NCBI RefSeq assembly: GCF_021028975.2
Contig: NC_059426.1
Span: 67,208,001 to 67,272,000 of the forward strand
Reading direction: 5' to 3'
DNA: 64,000 nucleotides
Origin: Sphaerodactylus townsendi
Lineage: Eukaryota
Shown: in pieces, positions 60,701-64,000 of the stretch
How the letters are laid out: each line of letters begins with the position of its first letter
Position numbering within the stretch: the first letter of the stretch is position 1
Notes under the pieces: model-generated
Seen by the model: the letters and a program-made list of their open reading frames with translations, nothing else
Told to the model about the DNA's origin: nothing
The model's database searches: none
Translations under genes and position numbers: made by a program

Positions 60701-63459
60701 CAGTTGTGCGCAGCACAATATTTGGCTGAGCTAGCAGCCAGAAGGGAAGGCCACCCTAGGAATGAAAATGAGGAGGTAACATAATGAGGTCAAAATGTGT
60801 GATTGCTCACCCCCCTGTCCTGATCAATTTGAACTAGTGGAACTGGTCCCAAGGTGAGAATCCAGGATTGGAGAAAATAGATTTGAGTTTATGATGGTAA
60901 CAGTTTATGCAAAGAGGACAAATGGTACCATCCAGACAAATAGTATGACGTACAAGAGCAAAACGTGGAAATATGAAGGGAAGGAAACTAGAGAAATATT
61001 GGTCAAAAATCCAGCAGAGGATGGGATTATCAAGTGTTTACTCAAGGGGTGGGGGGGCTGGTGGGTGTTGCATTCAAATGCTGCAAATATGCCCCAAACC
61101 ATTCTGGATCTTTTGCTCAGCCCTTACCATCTCCCATTCTGCACAGATGTAAGGTCCAGGACGCAAGATCACCAACAGACCTAACTGTGCCACAAGGTCC
61201 AGGAATCCTTCCAAGTCTTTATCACCCGCAAAGTTGTATATACCAGGCAATGTCTCATGATAATTCCAAGGCACATAGCTAAAGGGTGAAAATACAGATT
61301 TCAAACTGCAGCAGATGGCTGTGGCAGGGAGGATATTCCCCAAGATATATGTATTGGTAGTAGGAGAGGTATCTTTCATACCTGTAGCCAAAACCCCTAA
61401 ATGCTACCTGTACTCCCTCTGTATTTCACCTATATTTCTGCATATCTAGTTTTTCAGCCTAATAAATACTGACACAACTATATGGGTTGGGAGGAGAACA
61501 GAAACTTTTTCCTCTGGTTTTCAAACTGGAGATAATAGGACAGGATATTCTCACAGTCTCATAGGAAAGATAGCCAATAATTTGTATTGCAGGGACTGAT
61601 ATCACTGTATGTATGCCCTGCTTTCTCTACATTTGGTACATGCAATTCCATATTGTCCATTTCAGCCACTAGCTCCCATATGCTGTTCCTGCTTGCAAGC
61701 AGCAGAAATGGAAGCATGACAGACCTTCAGTATTTTGGAATCTCCTCTGCTCCAAGGACTGGCTGACTTTTGCAAAAAGGATTCTGCACCACAAAGACTG
61801 GAACATCTATACCCCTGATCTATACGCTGATATTTAGGGTGTCTAAATTTGATGGCACCACAGCAAAAATTAAACCCCACCAAAGTCCACCATCCCTGTC
61901 TGATCACTTACACCTGCACAGCATTGAGTCCACTCATGTACATCTTGAGGAGCCGATCCTTCCAGTAGGCAGCAGGTATACGGAAGTAATGGATGCTGCC
62001 TGAAATATAGCGGAATGGAACACCATCCTTGCAGAAGCAGTTATTGGTATAGTCAATGCTGAAGGAGCGGACTGCTGAAGTGACCTGGTATTAAGGATGG
62101 GGGGAAACATGATTATATTAAACTTACATTTTCCCTAGCCCTTGCTGACAGGAGCAAAGGAGTGTTATATCCCCTGCCCAACTACCATAGCGGAAAACAG
62201 CAACAGATGCTACTTTCCTGGCCAATGTGTCTGGGGAACAAGACTGACAGTTCTCATGATTGTTTTCTGCAATATGCCTGTTTTGTACAGAAGCACAGGA
62301 TTTATGGCACACCCAAAATAAACACTCCTATATGCAAGTACAGATTAAGTACAGTCTGGTGGTGGAAAGTGCTGTCAAGTTACAACTGATTTATGGAGAC
62401 CCATGTAGGGTTTTCAAAGTGAGTGATGTTCAGAGGCAGTTGCCATTGAACAGTGACCCTGGACTTTCTTGGTGGTTTCCATCCAAATACTAACCGGGGA
62501 TAACCCGATTTAACTTCTGTGATGTTATGAGATCTATTCTGGGCCTTCCAGGTCAAGGCTAGTAAATAGGGTTGCCAGCCTCCAGATGGTTGCTGGGGAT
62601 CTCCTGCTATTATAACTGGTCTCCAAATGACAGAGATCAGTTCACCTGAAGAAAACAGACACTTTGGAAGGTAGACTCTATAGCACTGAAGTCCCTCCCA
62701 AGATTCCACACCCCAAATCTCCAGGTGCTTCCCACCTTCCCAACCTAACAGTCTAAAAACACGCAATAGGTGTTCTCAAAAGCACTTTCAGAAGTTCACA
62801 TCACCCTGCTTCAAATCTCTCAAATTCAAATGTAAGGCTCCAGTCAGGGTTACACAGGTCTGACTCCCCCAGCCAGGCTCAATGGCACACAAACCCCGCA
62901 GATTTTACCGATTGAATGGCTAAATGGGACCCTCTTACTGAATCATATTCTGGTGTCACCCAAATCACACCAAACTGTGACTTCAGTCACACCAAACATA
63001 ACTTGCCATTCTCACATTACCTCCACCCTACAGCAGACCCAGATTGTATTGCTTTCATTCACTTTCACTTCTTGCCTGCAGCTGAACTTTTGTGCATATT
63101 CTGATCCTCACTGGGGACAACAGCTGAGGATAAAGGGCATTCTCACCCTGGCTGGTTTATGGATAAAGAAACATTTTCTACACTGTCAAGAATGTGAAAG
63201 AAGTGCGGACACACTCTGCACCATACTCCAGTTAGCACTCAACCTATTGGCTCCACCCAGAATAGCAGGACGGGGAGGAGCCAATGAGATACAACTGGAT
63301 TCTAGGGAGGAAGAGTCAAGAGTGACATGCAACGGAAGTCTGCTGCCTCCTTCAAAGACCCCCTCCATGCATTTCCCTTTCGTATCTCACCTGGAGCGGC
63401 AGCACCCACAACACCAGTACTAGCACAGGCAGCCCCAGTCCCATTTTTTTGACTGCCAT
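54574..63459 (-). CDS. GLB1L: GLB1L beta-galactosidase-1-like protein (GH35); spliced CDS, 16 coding exons, 635 aa
   Basis: join(63391-63459, 61912-62084, 61128-61278, 60695-60755, 60315-60409, 59486-59666, 59339-59397, 58465-58586, 58252-58292, 57580-57698, 57168-57242, 56665-56754, 56215-56328, 55864-55995, 55487-55693, 54574-54792) = 1908 nt. Signal peptide; GH35 motifs [40 protein letters not shown] (acid/base) and NSEYYTGW (nucleophile). Position beside ANKZF1 identifies GLB1L rather than GLB1. Confidence 0.94.
55020..55250 (-). mobile_element. RTE/BovB-like LINE 3' fragment
   Basis: tgttaagtgccatcaagt...ccaatccatctcatgttg...cataatgtgagcaaagtacgatagcctc resembles RTE 3' ends in reverse orientation. 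Confidence 0.55.
55487..55693 (-). CDS. GLB1L: GLB1L coding exon 15
   Basis: GLIHNVTL...GPAFYTGTF...PGWTK. Confidence 0.94.
55864..55995 (-). CDS. GLB1L: GLB1L coding exon 14
   Basis: [21 protein letters not shown]. Confidence 0.94.
56215..56328 (-). CDS. GLB1L: GLB1L coding exon 13
   Basis: [11 protein letters not shown]...[14 protein letters not shown]. Confidence 0.93.
56665..56754 (-). CDS. GLB1L: GLB1L coding exon 12
   Basis: [27 protein letters not shown]. Confidence 0.9.
57168..57242 (-). CDS. GLB1L: GLB1L coding exon 11
   Basis: [25 protein letters not shown]. Confidence 0.9.
57580..57698 (-). CDS. GLB1L: GLB1L coding exon 10
   Basis: [19 protein letters not shown]. Confidence 0.95.
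57730..58141. mobile_element. hAT MITE
   Basis: TIRs cagaggtgggatcca / tggatcccaccactg; perfect TSD catagcag. Confidence 0.88.
58252..58292 (-). CDS. GLB1L: GLB1L coding exon 9
   Basis: [13 protein letters not shown]. Confidence 0.93.
58465..58586 (-). CDS. GLB1L: GLB1L coding exon 8
   Basis: [14 protein letters not shown]...GANINM. Confidence 0.95.
58760..58900. mobile_element. PIF/Harbinger-type fold-back MITE
   Basis: ggctcattccgcacatgcagaataatgc...gcattattttgcgtgtgcgaaaggggcc; TAA TSD. Confidence 0.8.
59339..59397 (-). CDS. GLB1L: GLB1L coding exon 7
   Basis: [18 protein letters not shown]. Confidence 0.92.
59486..59666 (-). CDS. GLB1L: GLB1L coding exon 6
   Basis: [16 protein letters not shown]...LFTTDG...LYATVDFG. 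Confidence 0.95.
60315..60409 (-). CDS. GLB1L: GLB1L coding exon 5
   Basis: [31 protein letters not shown]. Confidence 0.94.
60695..60755 (-). CDS. GLB1L: GLB1L coding exon 4
   Basis: [20 protein letters not shown]. Confidence 0.93.
61128..61278 (-). CDS. GLB1L: GLB1L coding exon 3
   Basis: YVPWNYHE...[12 protein letters not shown]. Confidence 0.95.
61912..62084 (-). CDS. GLB1L: GLB1L coding exon 2
   Basis: RSFSIDY...[14 protein letters not shown]...GLNAVQ. Confidence 0.94.
62355..62558 (-). mobile_element. 5S rRNA-derived SINE (SINE3-type)
   Basis: 62450-62535 aligns to the reverse complement of 5S rRNA (ggtggtttccatccaaatactaacc vs GGCGGTCTCCCATCCAAGTACTAACC); RTE-like tail at left. Confidence 0.7.
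62567..62750. mobile_element. TAGGGTTGCCA-type MITE
   Basis: Shares the acagagatcagttc..gaaaa module with 8013-8575. Confidence 0.6.
63391..63459 (-). CDS. GLB1L: GLB1L coding exon 1 (signal peptide [23 protein letters not shown])
   Basis: Basic n-region plus hydrophobic h-region; CAG|gtgaga donor; alternative ATG at 63444. Confidence 0.8.
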
Positions 63460-63739
63460 TTCAGCGCGGGACTGGGAGTCGGGACAGACATCACATGACC
63501 AGCGGCTGATGGGCAGGACCTGGCGCGTCTTCCGAAGTTCGGGAATGGCTGCTGGGAAGGGGAGGAGGCGGCACCCGAAACGAAACAGTTAGTGCAACGG
63601 GAAGCGGGTGACACTGACATCCCAGGGGCCGTAAATCGTAAATGCAAACTGCAGACCCTGAGATGAGACAACAGAAAGAGTTTCATCTTCTGTTATAAAA
63701 AACTTGACTTCCTCGGTCAGCATCCTTGCGATCGAATAG

Positions 63740-63740
<1 letters not shown>
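63460..63740. promoter_or_regulatory. CpG-rich GLB1L promoter / 5' UTR
   Basis: CpG enrichment directly upstream of the GLB1L ATG; GTCATGTGA (M-box-like) at 63491-63499. Confidence 0.6.

Positions 63741-63741
<1 letters not shown>

Positions 63742-63800
<59 letters not shown>
63742..63800. repeat. (CA)n microsatellite
   Basis: About 29 perfect CA units. Confidence 0.98.
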
Positions 63801-63803
<3 letters not shown>

Positions 63804-64000
63804 CGAGAGAAGCTGCACTTGGTGATTAATAAGCACAAGAATCTTAACTGTGCTGTACAGTGTTGTTCACATCACCTACCTCCTGATCCAACTACAGATG
63901 CCAAGGATTAACCTGGGACCTTTTGTATGCCAAGTGCAAAGTAATAATGTCTGCTTTAAAAAACAAAGTGCAAAGGCCAAGTTGATCTTGATCCATGTTC

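Noticed and set aside
62085-62100. TCCTTAAT resembling a U12 branch site in GLB1L intron 1
   Set aside because: It is too close to the AG, and the donor is an ordinary GTGAGA (U2-type).
62450-62540. Functional 5S rRNA gene
   Set aside because: Heavily diverged and fused to a retroposon tail.
1-64000. A novel prokaryote-style system (CRISPR array, defence island, operon) or a new protein-coding gene
   Set aside because: The sequence is an intron-rich vertebrate locus. All convincing coding signal belongs to four known genes or LINE remnants, and no regularly spaced repeat array is present.
63500-64000. Start of STK16 (head-to-head with GLB1L in human)
   Set aside because: Expected from synteny only; no STK16 coding sequence is visible in the window.

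Overview
Eukaryotic (vertebrate) genomic DNA, most likely a squamate reptile and probably a gecko, judging from the repeat content (Sauria-like SINE, tRNA- and 5S-derived SINEs, CR1, L2, L1, RTE fragments, SPIN and other hAT MITEs). It contains the gene block ABCB6(-) - ATG9A(-) <> ANKZF1(+) >< GLB1L(-), the same order as in human. I rebuilt the spliced CDSs by hand, and exon phases close throughout: ATG9A has 14 coding exons (846 aa), ANKZF1 15 (696 aa) and GLB1L 16 (635 aa). Only the first coding exon of ABCB6 (172 codons, TMD0) lies in the window. Almost all ORFs in the supplied track are spurious or single exons. I see no new multi-gene system. The best observations are: (1) an AT-AC minor-spliceosome intron in ATG9A; (2) a 5'-truncated L1 in the last ATG9A intron flanked by a ~246-bp direct duplication, whose 3' end supplies an antisense AATAAA that could produce an ATG9A isoform with an altered C-terminus; (3) a candidate in-frame upstream ATG extending ATG9A by 22 aa; (4) a GC donor and a competing stop-containing acceptor in ANKZF1; (5) SPIN MITEs; (6) MITE families with shared ends but different internal cargo, one carrying a perfect 41-bp hairpin. 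Family assignments come from recalled sequence motifs, not database searches.
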